From Candidatus Bathyarchaeota archaeon (GTDB lineage: Archaea > Thermoproteota > Bathyarchaeia > Bathyarchaeales > Bathycorpusculaceae): a stretch of 64,000 nucleotides of DNA. The stretch covers positions 448,001-512,000 of the forward strand of contig CAWEPZ010000002.1 of NCBI GenBank assembly GCA_963811105.1, given 5' to 3'. Under the pieces are notes generated by a model. The model made no database searches, had not been told where the DNA came from, and worked only from the letters and a program-made list of their open reading frames with translations. The position numbers and the translations under genes are program-made. Positions 31,517 to 42,300 of the stretch are shown here, one piece after another. Positions within the stretch are counted from its first letter, which is position 1. Every line of letters begins with the position of its first letter.

Positions 31517-34287
31517 TGAGCAACCAACTAAAATGCGCAAGTCAAAAAAGAGCCATTCAAGTAAATAATAGCACTCTTAATGGCATCGATTACTTGGAAG
31601 TCGTTCCGCCTGCAAACGTTGGCGATCTCCCATTATTGCTGGTTTTTTGTTTTAAATCACTTAAGACTGACGATTATCAGAAGAATGTTCTCATAGAAGG
31701 AGGTGTTCGCATAAGAAACATTGGCGTCGTATGGGCAAAACGCTATCCTTCTACAAACGTAAAGTTAGACGGCACAGAAAACAAAAATATCTCAGACGTA
31801 ATAGGAAATTATCCTCAACAGAACGTTCTTGTGATTCGGCCAACAAGTAATGGAGATTTCTCAAATTATACACTTCGATTAGTAGAATCACCAGATTCAA
31901 CTTTGCCTCTTTCTGATTTTGACTCTGTCCTATCGAGTGTGAGATTCAACTTTAGAGTTGAATGTCCATCCGACATCGACTGTAACGCAAAGACGGTTTG
32001 TCCCGCCAATGTTGCAGAAGAACCAATTATTGATTACATGGCCAAGGACTACGAAAGTTTTCGTCAGCTAATGTTTAACAGGCTAAGTTTACTTATGCCA
32101 GAATGGAAAGAGAGAAATCCTGCAGATCAAGGTGTTGCATTAGTAGAACTTCTGGCATATGTTGGGGATCAATTGAGCTATTTTCAGGATGGGGTTGCTA
32201 CCGAAGCCTACCTGGGAACAGCACGTAAACGTATTTCTATTCGTAGACACGCACGATTGCTAGACTATTTTGTTCATGAAGGTTGCAACTCAAGGGTATG
32301 GGTTACTTTAGAAGCTAATGATAATGCCGATGGCTTGCCTGTTCCAAAAGGCACAAAGCTTCTAACTGAAGGTTCGAATGCAACGACAGTGGTCAAGCAA
32401 GCTGACTTTGGTCAAGCGTCTCAAGGAGCAACTATTTTTGAAACCATGCATGATTTGGTCCTACGTAAAACATGTAACCAATTTCAATTTTACACGTGGG
32501 GTGAACCAGATTGTTGTCTTCCAAAAGGATCAACTCATGCAACTCTAACTGCAGAAAATGGCTTGATAGATTACTTGGTTAGTGATTTAGCAGAAAGCAC
32601 CGAGTTGATCAAATTCTTGAAGTATCAATATGGACTAAGTTGGGTAAGCGGTAGTAGTTTCTCCAAAAACGGAAATGCACTTACATTTACAGATGGAGCA
32701 AATGTTCTAACTATTACACCTAATGCAGGTGAAACAAAAGCTGCAGTGGTTCTCAATGGTAATGTAATAGATGAACTCAATATGAGAAACGGGGGATTAT
32801 ACTCTTATAGTCTTAGGAAAGGTGATGTGTTAGTCTTTCAGGAAGTTCGGTCTCCTGTAAATGGTTTAGTTGCTGACGCCAATCCTGAACATCGTCATGC
32901 GATAAAAATTACAGCAGTAAAAAGCAATGTAGATCAACTCAATAATCCTCCCACTAATGTCTTAGAGATAGATTGGGCTCAGGAGGATGCACTTCCATTC
33001 CCATTATGCCTTCATAACGTGATGGACCCTTCTCTTAGTCTTCAGGTGGCGGTAAGTATTGCTTATGGAAACGTTGTGCTTGCTGATCATGGCAATACCA
33101 AGTTCACGGGCAATCTAAAGGACTTTGGTTATCAAGATAGCTATGGATTCACGCAGTTTACAGAATTTTTGGGAAATACACCCTCGACTGGACTATTTCG
33201 ACCCAAACTTTCAGACGGCCCTCTAACTTTTTCAGCAAAATTTGAACCAACTTCGTCAGCGGCTTCTTCTTTTAATTATGATGCTAAAGAAGCTCTTCCA
33301 AATATCCAGATCCTTGGGGAAAACGAATCAGGATATCTACAATTATGGTCTCCACAGAATGATCTTCTTTCAAGTGCACAGTTCGCTTTAGAATTTGTAG
33401 TTGAAATAGACAATGATGGGACTCCATACATTCGATTTGGAGACGATGAACTGGGCATGAAACCTTCAGATAGCACAAAAGAAAACCCAAATGGGTTCTT
33501 TGCCATCTACCGGGTTGGAAATGGAAAACAGGGAAACGTTGGAAGAGAAACCATCACACGAATAGCTAACTCTGAAAGCTTCAATGCCGAAGGCGTAACG
33601 CTCATTCGAAACCCCATGGAAGCTCAGGGAGGAATAGATCCTGAAGATATGGAAAACGTGCGTCAATTCGCTCCCCAAGCATTTCGAACTCAAGAGCGAG
33701 CGGTGACACAAGAAGATTACGTACAAGTGTTAAAACAATATCCCGGAATACAAAGCGCATACGCGGACATTAGGTGGACAGGCAGCTGGCATACAGCATT
33801 CATAGCAATAGACCGCGTAGGCGGGCAACCTGTTGATGATGTCTTTAAGCAAGAAATAATGCAGTACTTTGAAAAATACCGTTTAGCAGGTTATGATGTT
33901 GAAATTATTGATCCTAATTATGTGCCCCTTTTGATTCATGTTAATGTTTGTATTGCTCAAAACTATTACTGGGGCGATGTAGAAATGGCTTTGTTAGATA
34001 TTTTCAGTAATCGCATTCTACTTGACGGAACTACTGGTTTCTTTTATCCAGATAATTTTAGTTTCGGTCAGACGGTCTATCTTAGCAAAATTATTGAAGC
34101 AGCTCTTAGAGTTCCAGGAGTGAATTCGATAACTGTAGATACTTTTCAACGGTTTGGAAAGGTTCCTAATAATGAACTTGCAAATGCCAAAATTGTAATT
34201 GCTTCATCAGAGATAGCTAGACTTGACAACGATCCAAACTTTCAGGAAAACGGAAAAATAATGTTCTCACAGGAGAAAACCTCATGA
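31516..34287 (+). CDS. Baseplate J-like protein 1 (Afp11-like)
   Basis: NGIDYLEV, IDYMAKDYESFRQLM, ADQGVALVELLAYVGDQLSYFQD..ATEAYLGTAR, GNVVLADHG, YRVGNG..GNVG, QERAVTQEDY. Confidence 0.93.
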   Translation: MSNQLKCASQKRAIQVNNSTLNGIDYLEVVPPANVGDLPLLLVFCFKSLKTDDYQKNVLIEGGVRIRNIGVVWAKRYPSTNVKLDGTENKNISDVIGNYPQQNVLVIRPTSNGDFSNYTLRLVESPDSTLPLSDFDSVLSSVRFNFRVECPSDIDCNAKTVCPANVAEEPIIDYMAKDYESFRQLMFNRLSLLMPEWKERNPADQGVALVELLAYVGDQLSYFQDGVATEAYLGTARKRISIRRHARLLDYFVHEGCNSRVWVTLEANDNADGLPVPKGTKLLTEGSNATTVVKQADFGQASQGATIFETMHDLVLRKTCNQFQFYTWGEPDCCLPKGSTHATLTAENGLIDYLVSDLAESTELIKFLKYQYGLSWVSGSSFSKNGNALTFTDGANVLTITPNAGETKAAVVLNGNVIDELNMRNGGLYSYSLRKGDVLVFQEVRSPVNGLVADANPEHRHAIKITAVKSNVDQLNNPPTNVLEIDWAQEDALPFPLCLHNVMDPSLSLQVAVSIAYGNVVLADHGNTKFTGNLKDFGYQDSYGFTQFTEFLGNTPSTGLFRPKLSDGPLTFSAKFEPTSSAASSFNYDAKEALPNIQILGENESGYLQLWSPQNDLLSSAQFALEFVVEIDNDGTPYIRFGDDELGMKPSDSTKENPNGFFAIYRVGNGKQGNVGRETITRIANSESFNAEGVTLIRNPMEAQGGIDPEDMENVRQFAPQAFRTQERAVTQEDYVQVLKQYPGIQSAYADIRWTGSWHTAFIAIDRVGGQPVDDVFKQEIMQYFEKYRLAGYDVEIIDPNYVPLLIHVNVCIAQNYYWGDVEMALLDIFSNRILLDGTTGFFYPDNFSFGQTVYLSKIIEAALRVPGVNSITVDTFQRFGKVPNNELANAKIVIASSEIARLDNDPNFQENGKIMFSQEKTS

Positions 34288-37200
34288 GCCAGAACAATAC
34301 GGATGACACTTGTGGTTGTTGCGAGGGCGTCAAAAAACTAACGCCAAACAGTATAGCAAATCCTTCTGGGCTGTCTTATCTAAATTATCGGGTAGGTACA
34401 CATAACAGGTTCAAAGCAAGCATGATTACTGAGTTGAGCAACTCCGTAATTCTCCCCCCAAATTGTGAACTGTTAAATCTGACAACACGGGCAGACGATG
34501 ACTTTTCAATTGCACTGCTTGACTCTTGGGCAACTGTTTGCGATGTTCTAACTTTCTATCAAGAGAGAATAGCGAACGAGGGCTTTCTCAGAACCTCTAC
34601 TGAACGTATGTCGATTATAGAATTAGCTCGTTCAATTGGTTATGAACTTCGCGCGGGCGTTGCAGCAGAAGCTTCTTTGGCATTTACAATTGAGAGTGCT
34701 CCGGGTGCAGTTGACACAACTACGATCGATGCTGGAACAAAAGTTCAAAGCCTACCTATTCAAGGAAAGAATCCGCCCGTGATGCCTCAAACGTATGAAA
34801 CAATTGAAAGTATTACGGCGCGTCCAGACTTTAATGATTTAAAACCAAAATTGACTACGCAACAAGTAATCGATGACTCAAACGTGGATCATCTTAGAAC
34901 AATTACGTTTACAGGCACAAACACCCAATTGAAAGTTGGCGATGGGCTACTAATTGTCAATCTTGCCCCGCTTGCATTCAAAACAATAACTGACGTGACA
35001 GTGGATTCAGTTTCGCAGACGACGATAATTACTCTTCTTGATGAAGACAAAAGATTAGATAATTATTTAGCACAAACATTTGTCGGTGGAGCCGATGAAT
35101 TCTACGCAGTACCTAAGAAAAAAGAACCGAACAACCCGAACAACGTAAATCAAATAAACTCTGATTATATCCAGACAATATTCTCCGAGAAACTGACTTA
35201 CTCTCAACTCCGAACTTCAATTGCCGAACGGGGATGGTCTATTAAAGATTTTACTAAAGCAGCAAACTCTATCTTCAGAAGTTTAATCCAGACCTCTTCA
35301 ACTAAGGTTTATGCTTTTAGAGCTCGCGCTGGATTCTTCGGAAACAACGCGCAACCTTGGGACACTATTCCATGGAATACATCATCAGACACAATAACGA
35401 AAAACCCATACATCCTCTCTTGGGACAATGTCGCCTTAATAAATACGGATTCCCAAGGAAATCCCAATGATAACGATAAAGTTGTATATTTAGATAATAG
35501 CTACCCAAAAGTTTTACAAAACAGTTGGATTGTGCTAAGGAATAAAGACGTCACATCTGCTTACACAATTGACGGTGTTTTCGAGGCAACTAAAGCAGAT
35601 TTCATGATGGCTGCTAAGGTAACGGGTCTAAGCATAAAAGTCCCTGAAACCGCCCCTTATGTAATTCTATATGTTCAAAATGAAAAATACACGAAAACCG
35701 ATGTGTCTTTCACATTTTCGATATTCTCAGTAGCAGGCGTTGGCTTTTCCCCTAATACCAATTTTTCGATTGACATAGCAGGAACGGATGATAATGGAAA
35801 TTCTTTCTTAGAAAATTTGTCAGTCATGACTGATAATCGCGGCGTGATTGCGATGACGGCATTTCCGTTTAATCCAGAACTGAAAAATGGTGCTACATTT
35901 GTTCTAAATGATGGGAATCATCAACGTTTGATGACTTATACTTTAAATTACATAAACACTCCAATTTACCTTCCTGTGACTCCTTTATCAGTTTTTAAGT
36001 TGCGTGAGACTACTGCATATATTCAGAGTGAAGAATTGATGCTTGCTGATATTTTAGATACAAACTCTGTTAATAAAACCAGTATAGTCTTAGATAAAAT
36101 AGTTGACGGATTAGAGGTTGATCAATTAATTTCGATTACAGGCGAACTACTTAATCAGCCAGGCACGATTATTAGTGAAGTTGTTTCCATCACAAATATT
36201 GCTGAATCTGAAGATGGTTCGCACACGGAAATAACATTTACAGGTTTGGAGAACTCTTTTGTACCTGAAACAATCAACATCAACGCAAATGTCGCCAGAG
36301 CAACACATGGTGAAACAAAAACAGAAGTTCTGGGAAGCGGCGATCCATCCCAACCTCATCTTGAATTCATGCTAAGACAGAAACCGTTAACATATATTCC
36401 AGCTTCAACGCCAGAAGGCGCGCAATCCACTTTAATGTTGAGCGTTGATAATATAGTCTGGAATGAAGTTGGAAGCCTTTATAATGTTGGACCTAAAGAT
36501 CATTCCTTTATTACTCGTTTAGACGATTATTCCCAGACGCACTTATTTTTTGGAAATGCTAGACCTTCCTCAGGATCAGAAAACATAACCGCGAAGTACA
36601 GAGTCGGTATCGGAACTGATGGTAAGGTGCAAGCTGGGCAGCTTTCCATTCTTTTAACCAGACCTTTAGGCGTTCGAAGCGTAACTAACCCCGTCGATTC
36701 ATCTGAAGGGTCAGATCCTGAACCGAGAGACCAAGCGCGCAAAAATGCTCCAATTCGCATTCTTACTCTTGACCGAATTGTTTCAATTGAGGATTGCGAA
36801 AGCTTTGCTCTTTCCTTTCCTGGGATAGGTAAGGCAAAAGCTTTGCTAGCTTCAAACGGTGAATCTAAAAAAGTCAGGTTGATTGTTGCAGGTTCTAATG
36901 GCAACGTAGTTGACCCTGTTTCTCAAACAGATCTTTTGGATGCAATAAAAAATATTAGCGACCCGTTCATGCACGTGTCTGTGGAATCTTTTGTTAGTAA
37001 ATTTTTTTCTATAACGGCGACTGTGTGGGCATCAAAAGACAGAAATCCAAGCTTGGTTAAGCAGAACATTGTTAATCTGCTTCAAAGCATTTTTTCGTTT
37101 GATAATAGACAGTTTGGACAAGGCGTAGCATTAAGTGAAGTTATTGCTACAATTCAACAAGTGGATGGCGTTTTAGGGGCAAATATTAATGATCTATACT

Positions 37201-37310
37201 TATCGGCTGAAAATGAGGCATCTAATAATTTCATTAGCTCCGATATTTCGGAACTCTTATTCTTAAGTCCTGACCCCACCGAAATATCAGTAACGGTGAT
37301 TTCAACATGA
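34284..37310 (+). CDS. Baseplate J-like protein 2 (Afp12-like)
   Basis: CGCCEG, YRVGTH, ALLDSWATVCDVLTFYQERIANEGFLRT, NVARATHGET..EVLGSGD, YRVGIG..G, TLDRIVSIED. Confidence 0.92.
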   Translation: MSQNNTDDTCGCCEGVKKLTPNSIANPSGLSYLNYRVGTHNRFKASMITELSNSVILPPNCELLNLTTRADDDFSIALLDSWATVCDVLTFYQERIANEGFLRTSTERMSIIELARSIGYELRAGVAAEASLAFTIESAPGAVDTTTIDAGTKVQSLPIQGKNPPVMPQTYETIESITARPDFNDLKPKLTTQQVIDDSNVDHLRTITFTGTNTQLKVGDGLLIVNLAPLAFKTITDVTVDSVSQTTIITLLDEDKRLDNYLAQTFVGGADEFYAVPKKKEPNNPNNVNQINSDYIQTIFSEKLTYSQLRTSIAERGWSIKDFTKAANSIFRSLIQTSSTKVYAFRARAGFFGNNAQPWDTIPWNTSSDTITKNPYILSWDNVALINTDSQGNPNDNDKVVYLDNSYPKVLQNSWIVLRNKDVTSAYTIDGVFEATKADFMMAAKVTGLSIKVPETAPYVILYVQNEKYTKTDVSFTFSIFSVAGVGFSPNTNFSIDIAGTDDNGNSFLENLSVMTDNRGVIAMTAFPFNPELKNGATFVLNDGNHQRLMTYTLNYINTPIYLPVTPLSVFKLRETTAYIQSEELMLADILDTNSVNKTSIVLDKIVDGLEVDQLISITGELLNQPGTIISEVVSITNIAESEDGSHTEITFTGLENSFVPETININANVARATHGETKTEVLGSGDPSQPHLEFMLRQKPLTYIPASTPEGAQSTLMLSVDNIVWNEVGSLYNVGPKDHSFITRLDDYSQTHLFFGNARPSSGSENITAKYRVGIGTDGKVQAGQLSILLTRPLGVRSVTNPVDSSEGSDPEPRDQARKNAPIRILTLDRIVSIEDCESFALSFPGIGKAKALLASNGESKKVRLIVAGSNGNVVDPVSQTDLLDAIKNISDPFMHVSVESFVSKFFSITATVWASKDRNPSLVKQNIVNLLQSIFSFDNRQFGQGVALSEVIATIQQVDGVLGANINDLYLSAENEASNNFISSDISELLFLSPDPTEISVTVIST

Positions 37311-39388
37311 CACAGAAACAGCAGCAAAACAGTGAAAGAGCAAAGTACACCGCAGATGAGCTCTATAAGCTTCTTCCCTCTGTTTATCGACAACGTGATG
37401 CTGCAGCAGGAAGCCCCTTGCTTGGACTGTTGACTGTGATTAGTGAGCAAGTTGGCATTTTGGAAGATGACATTTCTCAGCTATATGAAAACTGGTTTAT
37501 AGAAACCTGCGATTCTTGGGTGATACCTTACATTGGCGATTTATTAGGCGTCAAGTTACCAAATTCCAACGTAACTATTACCAACACTGTGAATCGCCGT
37601 TCTTTTGTCGCTAACACAATTTCTTATCGTCGCCGCAAAGGCACTCTTTTAGTAATGGAGAACTTGGCAAGGGACATAACAGGGTGGAGTGCTAACGCGG
37701 TTGAATTCTTTCAAATCTTAGAAACAACCCAATGCCTAAATCACATTCGACTAAACGTTGGAACAACAGATTTGAGAGAAATGGAGCGGTTAAGCTTTCT
37801 CAATACTACATTTGATTCCATTGCGCACACAGTTGAAGTTAGAAACATAAGTAGCGGGAAAGGCTTATACAATATCCCAAACATCGGAATATTTCTCTGG
37901 AGGCTTGAAGCTTTTCCAGTAATGAATGCACCGGCGTTCAGAAAAGGGGATCGTAGGTTTTGCTTTAATGTTGTGGGCTACGATACTCAACTTTTCAATA
38001 ATCCTATTACCGAAAGTGGAGTTTTTCAAACAACCGAAGAAAAGAACCTTCCCATACCTCTAACTCGACCAGACCTTAGTAATCACATGGATAACTATTA
38101 CTCCAATTTCTATGAAGACAAAAGCATAGGTATTGAAACTGATATTGAAACTGGTCGGAGAATAAGGAACTCTAGTGAAATCGTTGTTTGCGATTTAAAT
38201 AAATGGGATTTACCTACTTGGATACCTCCTCAAGATAAAATTGCTGTTGATCCGGTTCTAGGCAGGATTGCTTTTCCATCAAACGAGAACGCTCCAAAGG
38301 ATGTACATGTAAATTATTACTACGGCTTTAGTGGCGAGGTAGGCGGGGGATTCTATGAACGCCCATTATCTGAACTTCAGAACGCAAAATACTTCAAGAT
38401 CGCGAAAAAAAAAGGCGACTTCACCTCAATTCAGGCTGCAGCTAACAACTGGAACCAAGCTACAAATCCTTTAGCAATATTTGAAATAGCTGATAGCGAA
38501 GTCTATAATGAATCAATATCTCTCAGTATATCTTTAACTTCAAAGCTTGTAATTCGCGCAGCGCAAAGAATGAGACCTTACGTAAATCCAACCGAAACCA
38601 TTCAAATATCTGCCTTAGACTCGTCTCCTGCTTCAACTTCTCCTCAATCATCTGTCACCTTCGATGGTCTGCTCTTTGGTCAGGAAATCATCGTCACCCC
38701 AGGAAACTTGGGTTATCTTGATTTTAGTCACTGCACTTTAATACCTGATCAACTGAAAATTGAGGTAAATCAGGGAAACGATAATTTGAATGTAAACTTG
38801 AATCACACAATTTCAGGTGGTATTGAATCGTTACCTTGTAAAGCAGTGGTGACAATAAGTGATAGTATAATTGATGCAGGAACTCTTCCTCAATTTCCTG
38901 CTGTAATAATTGTACCTGCATTATCCTGTTATGAGGTTAAAGTTGAAAGGAGCACAATTCTTGGATTAGTTGACGTGACTTTAATTAATGCAAGCAATAG
39001 CATCTTTACAGAACAAGTAACTTCAAACCGTCGTCAAGTTGGTTGTATGAGATTCTGCTTTGTTCCTTACAAATCAAGGACACCCCGCCAGTATAGATGT
39101 CAACCAGCTTTACAACTTGCAAAATATTCTTCAAACATTTCCGATACTGAGAAAGTTTCTATCTCTTTGGAGATTAGTCCCAAATTTACTTCCACGACGT
39201 ATGGTGACGCAGGATACGCTCAACTTGCAACAGATGCTCCTTCGGAGATCTTTCAGGGTGCAGACGACGGAAATGAAATGGGCGTTTTTAGTCAACTTCA
39301 ACAAGCAATTCGTTTAAGTAATCTTAAGCTAAGTATAGATGAGTACAAACGTTTGGGTCTTGAAACCGGACTATTTTTTGTAACTTGA
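37307..39388 (+). CDS. Baseplate wedge / tail protein I-like eCIS protein
   Basis: LYKLLPSVYRQRD, QLYENWFIETCDSWVIPYIGDLLG, VANTISYRRRKGT, AVDPVLGRIAF, GCMRFCFVP, GADDGNEMGVF. Confidence 0.88.
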   Translation: MTQKQQQNSERAKYTADELYKLLPSVYRQRDAAAGSPLLGLLTVISEQVGILEDDISQLYENWFIETCDSWVIPYIGDLLGVKLPNSNVTITNTVNRRSFVANTISYRRRKGTLLVMENLARDITGWSANAVEFFQILETTQCLNHIRLNVGTTDLREMERLSFLNTTFDSIAHTVEVRNISSGKGLYNIPNIGIFLWRLEAFPVMNAPAFRKGDRRFCFNVVGYDTQLFNNPITESGVFQTTEEKNLPIPLTRPDLSNHMDNYYSNFYEDKSIGIETDIETGRRIRNSSEIVVCDLNKWDLPTWIPPQDKIAVDPVLGRIAFPSNENAPKDVHVNYYYGFSGEVGGGFYERPLSELQNAKYFKIAKKKGDFTSIQAAANNWNQATNPLAIFEIADSEVYNESISLSISLTSKLVIRAAQRMRPYVNPTETIQISALDSSPASTSPQSSVTFDGLLFGQEIIVTPGNLGYLDFSHCTLIPDQLKIEVNQGNDNLNVNLNHTISGGIESLPCKAVVTISDSIIDAGTLPQFPAVIIVPALSCYEVKVERSTILGLVDVTLINASNSIFTEQVTSNRRQVGCMRFCFVPYKSRTPRQYRCQPALQLAKYSSNISDTEKVSISLEISPKFTSTTYGDAGYAQLATDAPSEIFQGADDGNEMGVFSQLQQAIRLSNLKLSIDEYKRLGLETGLFFVT

Positions 39389-39397
39389 GGGAAAAAT

Positions 39398-42300
39398 ATG
39401 AAAGGCGATTTTACAAGATCAACATTCAAAAAAGAAAAGCATTATTCACGAATAAACAAGCAACAAGGTCGAGTAGAGCTTGATGCCGATTGGAACGAAC
39501 AAATATCAATTGATGAACACCATGAAAGAACAGTCCTAAAGGATATTATAGGCGTAACAGGTACACCAATCGAGAACGAATCTTACAGCGACGGGTTCAA
39601 AATTGTTAATGCCTCTCCAAGCTTAAATAATTATACGATCAGCAAGGGAAGATACTATCTCGATGGAATATTGTGTGAAAACGAAAAAGATGTAACATCC
39701 GACAAACAGCCGGATCTTCCATTGGACGCTAACGGAACAAATGAAGCCTTCCTGAAAGGTTCGGGCACACATATTATTTATCTAGATGTATGGGAGAGAC
39801 CTCTCACTTACCTCGACGATCCACTAATTCGAGAAACTGCACTTCTCGGGCCAGATACAGCCACTAGAACAAAAACAGTTTGGCAAGTAAAAGCACTCCT
39901 CGTCAACCCCAACGTCGACCCCAACTTCACGTGCTCTTCAAACATTGACGCATGGGATAATTTAGTCAAGCCCTCGACGGCGATGCTTACCGCACGCTCT
40001 ACCCCATCAGCCGGGACTCAAACCGCATGCGATCTTCCTCCGACGGCGGGCTACACAAATCTAGAAAATCATCTCTATAGAATTGAGATTCATGATGGCG
40101 GCACTGTACCCCCTGCTGGTGCTTCTCCTGTTATGCCACTAAACAAGCAACCCACTTTCAAATGGTCAAGAGACAATGGGGTAGTTGCAAGTAAAATTAC
40201 TAAAATTGATGAAACTAACAAAGAGCTAACTGTAAGCGATTTAGGCAAGGATAACGATCTTAGCTTTAAGCCACCTTGTTGGGCTGAAATCACTTCAGAT
40301 AGACATGAACTTTGGGGAAAACCAGGTACTTTTGTCAAAATTAAAAATGTTTCTAAAGATCTAACTTTAAGCTTTGATGATTCATCTATTGCCCAAAGCA
40401 ATTATGATGCCATAACTAACAAGAATTTCCCCTTAACCTTCACAGCAGGCCAATACAATGTCACTGTAAAAGACGATGCCCCTAATTCTGTTTCAGTTTC
40501 TCAACCTTTCACCATAACTGCAAGTTCCACTCCCTCTATTGCACTGAATCCGACGTCAGGTGCTGTAGGCTCAAAAGTGGATCTGTCGGGTTTGAATTTT
40601 GCCGCTAACTCACAAATCTCCGTGATATTTGATTCCAACAAAATCACTACACCGAGCTCGATTACAACGGACGATTCTGGTGCAATCCCTGTTGGAACTT
40701 CTTTCACTATTCCTCCGGGCAACAAAACGGTTCCTTATGCAGTAATGGTTACTGTAACTGACGCTGCCTCTAATTCCGCTTCTCAACCATTCAATGTCAA
40801 TGTTACTACTCCTACTACTATTGCATTGAATCCACCTCTTGGTATTGCAGGTTGGACGGTTGGCTTGTCTGGCTCAGGTTTTACTTCTTTCTCTAACTTC
40901 ACAGTTAAGTTTGATACTACGGATGTAACGCCCTCCTCTCCAACTCCAACGATTATTCGTGGTGGTACAATTCCTGCAGCAACCACATTTGTTGTTCCAC
41001 CTGGTGCTGCTCGTGGCTCTCACACAGTCACTGTGACTGATTCTGCCACCCCTCCTAAATCTGCATCCCAAACATTCACCGTTACTTCTACAACTGCCAA
41101 TCCAGTCATTTCGTTGAATCCGTTGTCTGGTATTGCGGGTTCGACGGTTGGCTTATCTGGTCAAGGTTTTAAAGCTAATTCAGCTTTAACGGTAACGTTT
41201 GATTCTGATTCAACTATTGTTTGGACAGGGATGTCTACTGCTTGGGGCGAAATTCCAGCAGACGTTTCGTTTACTATTCCAACTGGCAGTAACCCCAAAA
41301 TTCGAAAATGGGATTGTGATCCAAACCAGCCAGCCCCTAATGCAGTGCAGATACCTTCTAATAACAGTGGATATCTGCCACTTGAAAGTGAAGGCATTGA
41401 AATACAATTTACTAGTGGCACATATCGCACAGGCGATTGGTGGATTATTCCCGCCAGAACTGCAACCGCAGATATTGAGTGGCCTCTAAATGACAACGGT
41501 ACAGCAGAAAAATATCCCTTCGGAATCAAACATCACTTTGCCCGCATTGCCATAATTAACGTGCCAGCAAGTTCAGCTTCCACAACTTCGTTCCCTATTA
41601 CTGATTGTCGAAAAGTCTTCTCTTCTTTAACTGAGCCAATTAACTTCTATTGCGCTGGGGGCCAAGGCGCACAAGTAGCCCGATCAAGCAAAACAGGAAT
41701 ACCTCTTCAGGCAGGCGTAATGATTGGAAATACTGGGGTTTCCGCAACAATTAGGTTTACAATTGTCGATGGAGATATAAGCATACAGGATCCGAGCCCA
41801 GGAAAAACGCCTGTCAGCGGATCTTTAAACTATATAGATATTTCTACTGGTAATAATAGCACCCCTGGAATAGCCGAAATCTTGCTGATTCCTATTACTG
41901 GTAGCTCACCGACTTCGGATGTTAAAGCGGAATTGCTCTTCCTCGGTACTTCTCCACCGAACATCGTTCCGACCAATTTGGCTCCAATCTACTATACAAA
42001 TTCCATCATTGATCCTTCTATCATTGATATTGCTCCAACAACTGGGCTATTGAACTTAAGTGGATTCACCGGAACTACGGTTCATTTTTACGGTCCTTTC
42101 AAACACAACCTTACAGGGATTAAAGATTCCCCTGCAATCATCCTAGGGTATTATCCAAATCCAAAAACAGATAAATACAAATATCCAAATCCGATTCCGA
42201 ATCCAAAGGATGTTAACATGGGGGACGAACCCTTTACCGAACCAACCGGCGCACCGCAAGTTTACAACTTTAAAGCAGTAGGGGTAAACTTAACGAGTTT

